A stretch of 63,967 nucleotides of DNA, filler included, from Chiloscyllium plagiosum (lineage: Eukaryota): assembly GCF_004010195.1 (NCBI RefSeq). It is 5 parts of one record of this genome, joined end to end, with 100 filler letters (N's around TTAATTAATTAA, not from the genome) between each part and the next. Parts side by side here need not be neighbours in the genome. Positions count along the whole stretch, not along the records: positions 20,832 to 41,289 come from NC_057714.1; 4 more parts are not named here. The stretch is one strand, 5' to 3'. Under the pieces are notes generated by a model, which was not told the origin of the DNA, made no database searches, and saw nothing but the letters and a program-made list of their open reading frames with translations. Below, piece after piece: positions 24,472 to 37,625 of the stretch (position 1 is the stretch's first letter; every line of letters begins with the position of its first letter). Both the position numbers and the translations under genes were made by a program.

Positions 24472-25438
24472 TGTGGAATGCCTCACTGGGGGAACAAGCT
24501 AGAAATCAAGCCTTGTCATTCCTGGAGTCATCACAGAAGTTAAAACTTTTGCCCATTCATTCAACCTTTTGAAAACCAGCATGCAGAATTTCCAATTGAC
24601 CCAGGTTGACAGAAACAGACCAGGTTTCTTCACTTAATAAGAATTACCATTCACTAAAAATAAATTGGTTCTAACCGCAGATAAACAATTATTAACTGTT
24701 GATATATAAATCTATTTGTTTAAGCTATAACCCACTTACAAAACTCCATCCCTGCACACACATACAAAACAATACAGACAGACTAATACAAATGAGTGTT
24801 AAGAGCAGGAAGGAAGACTGGCAAAGTATTTATTAGCCACTGTCTGCAGGGTGTGGCTGACATGATCCTTTTGCTGATTGGAGTGTTTTTTTGATCTTCC
24901 TCCTCCACATACTTTCACTGTTTTACAGGAAACACAGGGAGACTGTTCATACTTAAAAAGGTCTTTAACTCGTTAGTTATAAACCATAGCTGACAGTGAC
25001 TGATGAGGGAAAATAAATCGACAATCTTCAAGCTTGAGATGCTTTTCACTGCAGAACAGAAACACAGCTATTTCTCTTCTGGAGGCCTGATTGTCTCTGC
25101 ATTGACATTCACAGCCCCAAACTGTTCACCGACGTGGGAGCCAGTCATATAGTTGTGAACAGGTAGGAGGCCTTTGTCATCAATAACAAGCCACTAATTC
25201 ACAGACCAATCAGTTACTTGCTGCCAGCCAAAGCTCTATTCAAACACATTCCCAGCAGGCCCTGGTTCATCTGTAACCAAACTTCAATTAGAGCTTAACC
25301 AAGCAATTATGTAAACACACTTTTAAAAAGTGCAGCAATCTTCAACAATTCTTGGTTTCTGGAACAGTTCTTTTCCCATGTAGTCCACAGTCAAAAATAC
25401 TGAAAACTATAAAGACATGATCTTTGCACTTCATAATA
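24472..25438 (-). mobile_element. Probable solo Gypsy LTR
   Basis: Shares a GAAATCAAGCCT block and an ACAC/ACAGAC tract with the LTR at 59182-60052. Termini are degenerate and there is no clear TSD. Confidence 0.4.
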
Positions 25439-26155
25439 TGCCACACTCTTAGTGCAAGAATAAGGTGATCAGGACACCACCACCTCCGCACCCCCCTCAA
25501 CGTCCCCCAAGACCTTTTGTATTCAGGCACAAATTAAAAACTGTTTTAAACCCAATTCTGGATTTCCAAACCAGGCCACCTTTACCCAACCTGTCTGAAC
25601 TCACCGAGGTTACAGAGGTGAGTTACAATGGGAAAAGCTTCTTCAGTGACACTGAGAAACTTAACCTGTGAAACTAGAGAGCTCAGGGTATGGCCTAGTG
25701 AAAGGTTACAGTTCATAACACTTCTTCTCTCAAAGAATTCAACCACTGCTTGACAGATAGCTGGCAACCTCTTGGAAGGCTCTTTTCCTGTTTTACACTT
25801 CACTCACTTTTATCTGTAATTCACTGCTGCTATCCTTCGAAGCAGCATGTGACACAGCAAGCTCCACCATGGAGTTCTGTCAAGGGACAAGTGCAAAAAC
25901 AATACCAGCTGCACCAAGAACAGAAGGCTAAATACCAGCTACCTCCCCTCTCAGTTACATGCTTTATTACAGGCAGAAGGGATGAACATTTAGGAGCAAT
26001 TGGAAGGAGATACATGCCAAAGGTGGATCTGTAGTCACAGGATCAACTCCCTCAATGCAGCTGGGACAGCTGTAACCTCATGGAATAACGCATCCTCATA
26101 GTGAACCAGAGTCCATGCACTTCCAGTGCCTGATAAGGTGACTGTCACTTGATGA

Positions 26156-26286
26156 ATTCCTGAAGAAAGTCTTTAGCCCGAAACATCGATTTTCCTGCTC
26201 CTCGGATGCTGCCTGACCTGCTGTGCTTTTCCAGCACCACTCTGATCTAGACTCTGATTTCCAGCATCTGCAGTCCTCACTTTCAC
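26156..26286 (+). mobile_element. Solo Penelope-like terminal fragment with TSD
   Basis: PLE terminus flanked by CTGTCACTTGA at 26142 and 26287; the hammerhead core is mutated. Confidence 0.85.
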
Positions 26287-26999
26287 CTGTCACTTGAAGT
26301 CAACCCTACCTCACCACTTCACTTCGTCTCTGCCTCATTCCTACAAGGAGAGAAAGTAGAGTGTTCTGTTCACTGGAAATGGCTATTGTGGCAAAGAATG
26401 AAGAAGAGCATTTGTAGAGGGTGACTGTGAGCTATCGAGGGGAGAAGACAATAGTCTGAGGGAGAGATTGATTGCTCAAGTGGATACATGGGGAGGTGCC
26501 TGTTGAGAGAGGACTAAATGAACCTATATGGTATGTATTTAAAACAGTGTTACTTTTATTTATTTACTGGTCTGTGAGCATCACTGACAAGATTAGCATT
26601 CATTCCAATACCTAGTTACCATTGCAAAGGTGGTGGTGAGTTTCATCCTGGAACTCCCTCTCTAAGGGCTTTGTGGTTTTGTCTATAACAGGTGCACTGC
26701 AGCAGTTCAAGAAAGCAGTCCCCGCCTCTCCCCTCTCCCGCCCACCGCACCCCACCACCTTTTCAAGGGCAACTAAGGATGGACAATAAACACTGGTCAT
26801 TCAGTGACATCTACATCTCAATACTGAGTAAAAACATTTCAGCCACCCTTCCTGGTTCAGTGAGCTCTGGGAACGAGCGTGGCCAAAATTAGTTTGGTTA
26901 TCATCTGGGTTTCTGATCCACGGATGGTATTGTCATTCCAGTGGAGATGAAGTCCAGAAAATTCAATTCCTTTTTGAGTTTACCCTCCTTCAAATGCTG

Positions 27000-27700
27000 G
27001 CCATATTTTCTGGTTCTGCTGCTCTAGACAAAGTGAAACAGCTTGTCATGATCTGAATCATCAAGTTTTTTACAATCCTGAATCATATTACCACGCCACC
27101 TGGCCTTGTCAAGCAAATATTCCCAATGTATATAATTGTTTTTCATACTTTTATCACTTCATGATTCTGGCTGGTCTCTTCTATGTACTTTTAATATCCT
27201 CAATAGCCATTTTGTACTGTGATAACAGGAACTGTACACAGAATTTTCCATGCAGTCACATTAATGAATTATAGTGTGACAGAATTCTATCACTATTTCT
27301 AATACCGACCATTCCATTCCATTCCAACATCCAACTTATTTTATTTGCTGCTAGCCATCGTGTTGGTAGCTTCAATTTATTGTCAAGCAGAGCTCCCAAA
27401 ATGTTTATTTTTTGTGTACGTTATTCCCTTTCCAGTTAAATGGAAGTCCCTTCCTGAATGCTTTGTTCCTGTATGAAGCACTTAGCATTTATCTTTATTG
27501 CATTTGATGTGTCCTTTTTTGTATAATTCCCAAGCACATTCAAATTGTCCTGCACCTTACTGTGTTTGGCTTTGTAATCTATCAAAGACATCAGCCTTTT
27601 ATCAGTTACAATCTTAGCCACTGTACTGCCGATCCCGAGCAGCAGACCATTTTTAACTATGCAAATGAATTTAAAAAGGAGTCCAAACAGACCCTTGTGG
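27000..27700 (-). mobile_element. Ancient CR1/L2-type RT remnant
   Basis: Very degenerate RT C-terminal region (KVQDNLNVL..INAKC..VQF). Confidence 0.5.
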
Positions 27701-28269
27701 GACTCTATGTAGAAATTTTCTTCAGGCATTTAACAATTCCTTTGTAACCATTCTCTGGGTTCAAGCAGTCAAAAATATTTCCAATAATACTTGATTACTA
27801 TATTTCAATTCTAGTTTTACAGGTGACACGTCAGACTAATATATTGTTAAAAGTGAGCAAGCCTAATTTCTGTGAAACTTACTCTGTAAAGATACAGCTA
27901 CGATCACATTTGGTTGGCCAAGGCTTGTAAGTGCTGCATGACCAATCGAAATCGGCTTTGCTTTGATCAAAAAGATCCAGCAGGCTTTGCAAGGAGGGCT
28001 GGTATCAGAGGTGAGGACATTCTATGGAGACAAGAAGTCACTAAACCTGGTGATCCATATAGAATGGCCACTGCAGGATAATACTGTTGATAAGCAAAGG
28101 TTTTACTTGCAATGTGTAATACATGAGCAAGGCTTGTAGCCATCTTTTCCAATGAGAAGATACACAAAACAATTGAGAACTGTGGTAGTTTGAAACCACA
28201 CATAATACTCAGAATTACTTTGTCCTGACATGTGACCTCTACCATGTAGAAGCACAGAGTCAACAGATA

Positions 28270-28516
28270 CAGAAACTACTACCTGTAAGTTTCCTGCCAA
28301 ATCACACACACCATTCTGACTTGGAAATAAATCACTGATCCTTTGTTGTCACTCAGTCAAACTCCTAGTGCTCCCTTCCAAACATTAGCATTGGTGTACC
28401 CAAATCCCAAGACTGCAGTAGTTTAAGAAAGCAGTTCACCCGCACCTTCTCTCAGGGATGTGCAATAAATATTGGCTTAGCTAGCAATGACCATATCCCA
28501 TGAAATTTAAAAAAAA
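28270..28516 (+). mobile_element. 3' tail of the CR1/L2-group LINE family seen at 42674-45100
   Basis: Similar to 44850-45095, ending GCAATAAAT.TTGGC..GCTAGC..ATCCCATGAA(A)n. Confidence 0.7.
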
Positions 28517-28869
28517 TGAGCAGGACTGGAAATCAGAAGAGTTGGTGATGAATGGTATTTTGAAGGTGATGAATATTGTGTGTTTAATTACCTAGCATGA
28601 TTAAACTGTGATTTAATGAAGGGAATTTTAGCCACAATATTGTAAGCTATTTGTTTTTCATAGATTTGTCATTGCTGTACCAATGTGCCTCCTGGCTTGT
28701 CATACAATGTGATCTCTAACATGAGGCATTGACTGTTGAGCATTCATCTGGCAACCAATTCAAACTAGGACACAGTACAGTTACCACCTTCTAAAGGGCA
28801 ACTAGAAATGCACAATAAATGAGAGCACAGCAGTAGGTCCCACACCCCATGTATGACCAACAAAATTTG

Positions 28870-30050
28870 CTCCAAGGGATACCAAGAAATGTTACCTGAT
28901 TACAAAGGCATCATCAGCATGTGATAGACAAGAAAGTGATCAGATGGTCTAGAGCAGCACTTCCTATGAAGACAGTAAAGGATTCCAAGACGGAGCATGA
29001 AATCTTTCAGGCCCAAAAAAGAGCAACAAGTCAACATTCACTGGTGTTTGTCAAACCAGCAGAGGCATTGAAGCTACCAAACAACTTCCTTGCTCAAATC
29101 AAGTGACGTAACCAACCAGAGCCACCTCTCCAAGTGTTGCAAGATGTTGTAATGAAAAGATCGTTAAAAACATCAAGGGCACTCCTGTAGTCACAAGCAT
29201 TTACTGGGCATGCAAAGGTGAATTTACAGCTCAAGTTACATTTTGTACAAAGGAAACAGAGTAATTATTCCTCGGGAGTTAAGAGCAGCAATGTTAAAGC
29301 ATACCCATGCAAAGCATCAAAGAAATCTGAGGAGTCATGTTTGAGGAAAGCAAGTGGTGTGCTCTATTGGCCAAATATGAACAATCAAATCAGGGACCTC
29401 ATCAGCCAGTGCAATGATGAAATGAATGCCAAGCTAAGCAAGCTAGAGAGTCACTGATAACATACGACATCCCAGATAGTCCATGGATGAAATGGAGTAG
29501 AGTTGCTTGTTCTCGCAAGAGGTAATTATCTTGGACACCATTTTAGCTATTGGAAAGTGGACCAGCAAACATTACAGACTATCAGTAAGATTGTGGAATG
29601 TCTGAACTCTCAACATTTTGATAATGATAACGGCCCTCAGCCCATGAATGAAGAATTTAGCCATTCTGTAAGCAGTTGAGAAATTTAACACCGTACATCA
29701 ACTTCATACTATCCCCAATCTAATGGAAAAGCTGAGGTAGCAGTGAAGATTGCCAATGGAATCAGAAAGGAATCAAGGAAATGCAGCACAGATATATAAA
29801 ACACAATTCTTGAGTGGAGAAACATACCTACTGAAGACATGGAAAGTAATCTAGTACAAAGACTAATGTCATTGCCACACTCAAAGTACTCCTCCAATAA
29901 GTGAAAAAGATACTGAAGCCAGAAATAGCAACAAACATGAGTGACAAAGTCAAGATGGAACTGTAGAAAGGTCAAATATAATTTTGATGAAACTGTGAGC
30001 CATTGCCAAAGTTGAACTTGCTGAGCCAAGACACAAATATTTATTACTCT
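28870..30050 (+). mobile_element. Degenerate Gypsy pol (integrase Zn and core)
   Basis: Motifs CLRKA..VLYWPNMNNQIRDLISQC, DNGPQ, YYPQSNGKAEVAVKIA and LEWRN.P. Confidence 0.85.
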
Positions 30051-31335
30051 CAACAAATAGAAAATTGGATCCTTTGGCGAGCAGCTGTCACTTCAATCAT
30101 AGGTGATGGCAATGAAAGAATGAATTTATGGTCACAACCACAGCTAGAAAGTTGTCCTCAACCTCGGATGGACTATCAGGAAGATGGGAACTCACATCGG
30201 CACAGACCAGAGATCAATCATCAGTCCCACCACTCCACAGAACCTCAACAACAGAAATGGAACAATAAGAAGTACTGTGGCAACAACAAGTTATACAGAG
30301 GACGGCACTCCTCAGGAGCAGAACATTACCTAGATGAACAGTCAATGACAATGCAAGTACATGTCATTAAGAGACAGGTAAAATTGAAGTGTTCAATGCT
30401 TTTGGAGGAACTAACAAGGATAAGCTACTAATGAATGAAAACAAGTGCTTGTATCTCGGGTGACTTAGGAACCTGAAAATGAAAATGATAGTACATGCAC
30501 ATTTTCTTATTGTTTTACCTGTTGAAAAACCACAGAACCACAGGATTGTTATAATGCAGAGGCAAACCATTCAACCCACAGTGTCTGCACCAGTTCTCTG
30601 AGCATTTTACTTTAGTCATAGTCTCCTGCCTTTTCCCTACAACCCTGCAACTTGCTTCGGTTTAAATAATTATCCAATGCCTTCCTGAATTCCTCGATTG
30701 AACCTGCCTCCACCACATTTCCAGGCAATACAACAAGGAGATTTTTGTGATTGAAATGTTATATTGTCCCAGGGTGCCTCCTGGCTTGAGGTAGTTTCAA
30801 GACCTCTACCATGAGCCACTGACTGAAAGTGTCCACCTTCCAAGCAGTTTACTAAAGGACATTGTCGAGGAAATTGAAGCAGTCAGTGTTCGTGTGCAAC
30901 AAAATTGAGACAATTTCCAGGCTTGGTGTGGTAAGTGGCAAGTAACATTCACGTCATACAAGTGCCGGCAATTTCCATTCCCAATAAGAGTGAATCTAAT
31001 CATTGTTCTGCAATATTAAATAGCATTCCTATGCTGAATTCCACATTATCAGCATCCTGGGTGTTATCATTTCATTGACCACAATTGTGGAGCACCAAAC
31101 ATATAAATACTGTGGTTGTAAGTTCAGGTCAGAAACTAGGAGCTTCGGAGTAACTGACCTCCTCACTCTCTGTCCATCATCAGTGTGATACATATCAGGA
31201 GTATGATAGAATACTCCCCACTTTCCTGAAAGGGAGCAGCTCTTGCTTCACTCAAGCTTGAGACCATTCAAGACAAATAGCTCATCTGACTGGCAGACCA
31301 TCATTATCTTTGAGATTGACTCCCTTTACTATTGA

Positions 31336-31545
31336 GGAGAAAGTGAGGTCTGCAGATGCTGGAGATCAGAGCTGGAAATGTGTTGCTGGAAAAGCGCAGC
31401 AGGTCAGGCAGCATCCAGGGAACAGGAGAATCGACGTTTCGGGCATAAGCCCTTCTTCATTCCTGAAGAAGGGCTTATGCCCGAAACGTCGATTCTCCTG
31501 TTCCCTGGATGCTGCCTGACCTGCTGCGCTTTTCCAGCAACACAT
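31336..31545. mobile_element. Penelope-like palindromic insertion: perfect 83-bp inverted arms, 15-bp TSD
   Basis: Arms at 31377-31459 and 31464-31546 with loop TTCC. TCCCTTTACTATTGA occurs at 31321 and 31546. Confidence 0.92.
31463..31490 (+). ncRNA. Minimal hammerhead ribozyme core
   Basis: CTGAAGA-A-GGGC-TTAT-GCCC-GAAA-CGTC. Confidence 0.6.
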
Positions 31546-31799
31546 TCCCTTTACTATTGACACATAGTGGCATTAGTGTATAACTTCAAACGATGCACTC
31601 CACAAACACACCATGTCATGTCCAAACCACCATCCAAACTTGTGATGTCTACCATTCTGAAGCATTAAAGCAATAGATGCATGGGAAAACCACCAACTGC
31701 AAGGTCTGTTCCAAGCAAAACACCATTCTTACTTGGAACTATATTGCCATTTCTTCATTATCATTGGGTCAAAATGAGCTACCATGCCACCCCTGTTGG

Positions 31800-32190
31800 T
31801 TCAGCCTGCATTCATTGGAGTTTTGAAAAATGAGAGGTAATCTTATTGAAACATGCAGGATTTTTAGGGCACTTGACAGGCAGATGTGCAGAGATTGTTT
31901 CCCCTTCTTGGAGAGTCTAAAATCACAGGGCATAATCTGCTAAAAAGGGGATGCCCATTAAAGACAGACATGAGCGGATTGTGAATCTGAAGAATTCACT
32001 GCAGAGGGTGAAAGAGGCTGGGTCATTAAGTACATTCAAGGCTGAGATAATAGTTTTCTTTAATCAGTAAAGGAATCAAGGTTGATAGACAAAAGACAGG
32101 AAAGTGAAGTTGAGGATCATCCATGATTTAATTCAATGGCAGAGCAGACCCAATGGGCTGAATGGCTCATTTCTGTTCCAATGTCTTATG
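31800..32190 (+). mobile_element. Old CR1 3' end
   Basis: Degenerate GNLIET..FKAEI region plus CR1 3'UTR. Confidence 0.7.
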
Positions 32191-32804
32191 GTATTAATAT
32201 GAAAAATCAAAGTAAGTGCGGTTGCAAGCTCTTGCAAGAAACTGTTCCTCCAAACAGAGGTTGATCCTCTCCTAAGATTATGGAATGTGGAAGGTAAATA
32301 GTCTTTGATGAGATGGTCAGCGAGCAAGACAATGTGATTGGTTTAATTTAGCCTGAGACCTAGAGCAACAGTGGTGAGTATACAGGGTGTGAGACTTTTG
32401 GGGGGAGGTGTAGAGTGGGAATAGAGATGTCAACAAAAGCTGGGTGAGAGCTGGGCCCTCAAAGTGGGGAGTAGAGTGAGTGTTGAGCTGCTGCAGGGGG
32501 AGAGTTGTTAGGGTTGGGCAGGACACACTTTTTAATTTTTCTTCCCCAAGTGCATTTGGCATCGAATGACTTATCTTGATTCGGTCATCTTGTGATATCT
32601 CAGATTGACTATTTGGTCAGGACAGTGCAATGAACTATTTGGGGATGTTAGGGATGTGTTATCTCTCTCAAGCCAGATATTGCAACTCTGTTACAGTTAA
32701 AATCACCCAGACATGAGAGAATTAATGAGGGGGTGTGTGTAACGGGGTCAGTGCATGATTGGAGGTGGGTAAGTGAATTGCTGACTAGAGGGTGGTAATC
32801 AAGT

Positions 32805-32920
32805 GAGTGAGTGCCTATGGGTGTGTGATTGAATGAATAACTGGAGGGCTGGGTGTGTAATTGAGTGAGTGACTATGGGTGTGGGAGTGAATGAGTAACT
32901 GGAGAGGTGGGTGGGTGATT
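32805..32920. repeat. Degenerate 58-bp GT-rich tandem repeat (2 copies)
   Basis: GAGTGAGTG.CTATGGGTGTG.GA.TGAATGA.TAACTGGAG at 32805 and 32863. Confidence 0.7.
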
Positions 32921-35009
32921 GGTATTGAGGTGGACACACACCTATCCTTCCCCTTCTGCACCAGCTCCCATTCCCTACCTCTGCTGATCATGTGGTATTT
33001 GTGCGTCTTATAAGTAATAACAATGTAACTATAGGAACTTGGTGGAGAAGTTTGAAAAATGGTGCAATGACCATAAACACAATGAAAAGAGCCAATACTC
33101 TTAAAAACTAGTACTTTAAGTCTTTAAGAAAAAATTCATGATGTGGACATTGAGATATTTACTGACAAGTAAATGGGTGCCAAAGTGGATGGTAAGTTGA
33201 ACTGAAGGAAAAAAATGTGGTGACCAAGGGACAGACATGATTATACTACTCGTGAAAGTTTAAATAATTTCAAATAGATTATGCAATCATAATACTCTTC
33301 TATAGAGTGGTAACAGAAAGTACTCTTTTTTGGGAGTCTTTCTTAGTGGTGTTGCCATGTGAAAGCAAACTTTTTAAAGGTTAAGAAATTATTGAGCCAA
33401 GCAGTAAGGATATTTGATGGGCTGACCTTTCTTGAGTAATCTTCTGTGAGAATTTTGACAAAAGTAGAGTGTCATAAACAATGAGAATCATCCCTTATCT
33501 CAGTATCATTTTTGGATGCAGCCAGGGAAAAGGTTATACATCATCAGAAGGAGAACAAAGCAGTTCTTGAATTTATCTGTGTCCTTCTTGATAAATTGAT
33601 GCATGGACAAGGAGATGTACTCAGAATGGAATACATTGACTAATTGTTCTACAGAACCAGAATATTTAATATGTTTTAATTAAAGTCAGACCTCTCTGAG
33701 AGTGTTTCTTTTTTTATTTTTATTATTTATTGATATGTTTTTACTCAACAAATAAAGAACCTAAAATGAATTTCACCCTGGAAAATAAAGTAAAACTGAA
33801 TTAAATTGAATTATTCATGTCTGTGTTATTGTGATTTGTTGAGTTTTGCTTGGTTGACACTTACTGATGATTACAGAAGAGTTTGGAGTTGTGGAAAAAA
33901 GTAATGTGGTTTGGCATTTACTGTTTATTAAATGTCCATATTAACATCTGGTTCATATTTCATAACTGAAATATTGCAGGTGAACACAAAGCCCTGTAAG
34001 GACTCAGCAAATCAACACTCTGGGTTGCTCATTTTGATAGTCTTGAGCCTCTATAGGTCCCTTATTTTCTTACCTGGAATAATTGTTGCCTCTATCACCA
34101 CCACATGTAGAATGCCAGGCCTTTCTCTTTTCCATAAGTGCATGTCTCCAACCCCACCCTCTGTCCTCCCTTGGATCATCTTCTTGGCCTCAACGCTCTT
34201 GTCCCATTCTGTCACCACCTACAACCTAATCACCACTGCATGTCACTCCCCGGTCTTCACTTAGGTCGCAATTTTCCTCCATCCCCCTGTCTGTGGCTGC
34301 AGAGTCCAACAAAGAAAGCTGCTGACTCTGGACAAAACTTTACAAAGCTGATTGATTCATCCAGTTTTAACAAACAGAAACTTAGAGCCAAGAGATTCTT
34401 TTGTACCTCTAATATAATCTTGCGGGTAAGATGTAATTATAAAAGGTTTATGGCCACGAGTATTCATTCCATGCAAATTTATTACAACTGGGAGATGGAC
34501 ATAGATGAGTTCAAATGTGAGGTTTGAAATCACACACACACCGCTAAATTAATCTCTGTATCTCAACCTGTTATTGGGCTCCTGTGGCCTGCCTTTTTGA
34601 ATCCATCCCCAAGCCATGTTTCTGGTTCTTGCATATTCCATACAGTTTTATTTCTCTTTGGTAAAGCAACCTGATAAGACCCACAAGCAGCAATCCTTCA
34701 GAGAAGGGAGGATTTAAAATCAATGAATGAAGACAATAGCAGATGAGAAAGCAATCTTTGGTAGTACATAAATATAGCTACCAGTTGTTGAGTAGACATT
34801 GCTCACTGAATAAATCCTGATGTTTAAACACATTATTGTTTCAAAGTAATGGATAGTGTTGTCCTTTTCAAAATGAGCTTTCTTTAAGTTGTTAAACTTT
34901 TAAAAATATAAAGTAGGTGTGCAGAATAAATACTAAATGGTAAACTTATAACTTATAAAAATATATAATTGAATGTATTTAGTGAGCTCCGGTTCGGAAG
35001 TCGTTTCTC

Positions 35010-35185
35010 AATAGTTCCAGCTGGATCGATCTTTTGTGGCTACTCAGTTTGAAACGTGAGCAGCTGTCACTGGAAGTGCAGCTAATAGCTGTCATCCACC
35101 ATGGATCAGGCTGAAGCCTTTTGCTGGGAATTCAGCTGCCTGATTATCTCTGACTGCAGCTGTGAAATCACAAAAAAAAATGATG
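35010..35185. promoter_or_regulatory. Candidate enhancer: E-box/GATA/TALE motif cluster
   Basis: CAGCTG at 35018, 35061, 35133 and 35157; CTGTCA at 35064 and 35089; TTATCT at 35144. Lies in unique sequence. Confidence 0.35.
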
Positions 35186-36863
35186 ATTTAAATGAGCTCT
35201 GTTATTAAAGTATCTCTTCATTCGACTTCACAAGGTTACGTTTTCAGAAGGATGTTTGCTTTTTTTTGTCATCTGGTAACAGAAACCCTGCAGCCAAAAG
35301 AGATGTCTTTGGGTTATTTCCACATCATGAACTATCTTGTGATGACCTGATTTCTGCAGTGATTATACTTCAGAGATCAAAGAGACATTTAGTATAGCTT
35401 AACCATACTTCTATTGGATACTCCCAACTTAAGTTACCTTGTACATATGTACATTGTAACAGAACAAGTGGGGCTCATCAGAGGAGAGTGAATCATGCAA
35501 CATTATAAGCTTCAGGGCAATATTTGAAAGTTTGTCAGTGAGACCATTTCAAATAGTTGTAAGGAAGTCACAAAAGACTCAAACTCAAAGGGAATGGACT
35601 GTTTTTATTTAAATAGATGGCAAAAATGCATATAGTGAAAATGGATAGCCATATACTGAAAATGTTTATGATAAAATTATGTTCCTAACTGGAAATATAT
35701 CCAGAAAAGAAATGACAATCTAGAATGTGCAGTTCTTCCTGAATATACAGTTCAGTGAGAAGAATTTAAAATTGAAATGCAGAACAATGATCATATTTTC
35801 AAACTCATTACATTTAATATCACTTAAACTCTGCTCTAGTAATTGTACGATTTGAAATGGAATCTCTTAAACTGACAAACAAGAAGGCTAGTAGGTGGAA
35901 CAAGTATGATTTGTGCATTAAGGATCCCTCAGCCAATTGTTACCATTGCTGTTTTGATTCAAATCTTCTCCTACTTCTCAGAGGGATATGTCAATGCATT
36001 TGAGATAATACACAGGTCAGCATAAATTTAAACAGAAATACTTGATATATTCTGTAACTGAGATTTTTAAAAAATATTTCAGATTTTAGACCATTTGTGA
36101 CATGGGAAGACTTTGGCAAATTTGTTTGGCCACAATGTATCTTTATTGTTGTAGTTGCTGGTGCTCCATCTGGGTGATGATGAACCAAATAAAACATTGA
36201 AGGGGGAAAGATATACTTCAATTTTTTATCCTCTAATTGATTGTGGTTTCTACACAGATTCTTCCAGTAAACAAATAAGTAAACAGTTCATAAATGTTAT
36301 GTTGCCAGTTTCTCTGTGATTAAAATGAGGATTTGCAAGAGACCAAAAGTTGGCTGTGCCTGACATCAGCTTGGTGTTCAGATAATGATTTTGATTCCAC
36401 CTCTCTAAGTTCAAATGCACCAAGAAGCTAATGCATAAGGAAGAGCGTTCTCGCAGACAGGAATGAGAAACTATGGATTATACCTTTTTATGGGTATAGC
36501 CCAGTTTTCCAGATGCTATGGAGGAGAGGGGTATGGAATTTGTCCCGGCTGAAAAAGGCAGAATTTCTTCCTTGTAGGGAGTTAAATCCTCTGAAATTGG
36601 CATTGGATCAGAATCCTGACATCTTCCCACCCTCTTTTGGATTTCCAAGGGTCAAGTCTGAAGATGAGAGGTGAACCTCTTTGAATCTGTCGGGTAAGCA
36701 ATTAAAATATTTAAGAAATCAATCAATGCTGGAGCATTGATCAGTTACATTGAGGAGCTCCAGCCACAGCCATCTGAGAGACTGCTGATGAAAGCACTAC
36801 TTCTCTTAGAGAATGCTATCGCTTCTACACAGGTGACTGCCAACTTGGCAGGCATTTCAACTG

Positions 36864-36990
36864 GATGAAAGTGAGGGCTGCAGATGCTGGAGATTAGAGT
36901 CGAGAGTGTGGTGCTGGAAAAGCGCAGCAGGTCAGGCAGCATCTGAGGAGCTGGAGAGTTGAGTTTTTGGGAAAAAGCTCTTCATCAACA
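36864..36990 (-). mobile_element. Solo Penelope-like terminal fragment with TSD
   Basis: Flanked by ATTTCAACTG at 36854 and 36991. Confidence 0.85.
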
Positions 36991-37625
36991 ATTTCAACTG
37001 TCCTGCCCTTCACTCATACTGAGCTGCAATTCCCTGCCACCAGCCCTCACCTGTATGCCTTTCCACAGGGAAATAGGATGGGCACAGGATGCAGCTGGAA
37101 GGAAGTGATGCTCCCCAGGCAGATAATGGGTTCACTCAATAAATCTGAACACCAGTGCCTCAGAACGTTCAGGCTGTCATGGCAGGACACTGAGAAACAA
37201 GGTCGCCTTCTAAGATAATTTGAATGTCTCTGGAAATGGTCTGCTGACCCAAATCCTGTCTCTGGTTTCTGCCTCTCACCAATTCTGTGCTCTCTTGTGC
37301 AAGGAGGGAAAGCAGAGTGGTGACGGAGTTGATAATTATTTATGAGGAGAAGAAGGAAGGTTATTATTTGTGGAAGGTGACTGTGAGGGGTGGGTATGAA
37401 GGGACAATAGAATGTGCATATGGACTGTTCACTTGGGGATGAACTAATCCTGAAGATTGAGTACAGCTGCTAGGTGCCCAGACCTGTGCAGGAGACTGTT
37501 GGGAAGATGGCATCTGAAAATGGTATGACGCTCATGCTTCCTGACTTTCTAGAACCTCTTAATGCATTATTTCTGGATTGGAAGGACTGCGCGCTGGCTT
37601 TCTTGCCTACTCAGATGCTACCTGA

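Larger units (their letters stand above)
30860..31780 (+). mobile_element. Old CR1/L2-group LINE RT C-terminus and 3' region (host of the PLE palindrome)
   Basis: Similar to 44270-44930 (KWQVTF..KC, SMIEYSP). Confidence 0.75.

Noticed and set aside
27562..27747. 61-aa ORF that looks like a real protein
   Set aside because: It is antisense to a decayed LINE RT.
31310..31563. Near-identical ORFs on both strands (CCWKSAAGQAASREQENRRF)
   Set aside because: A by-product of the PLE palindrome; non-coding.
35300..35390. C/D snoRNA-like GTGATGA..CTGA
   Set aside because: The boxes are too close together and there is no convincing terminal stem.
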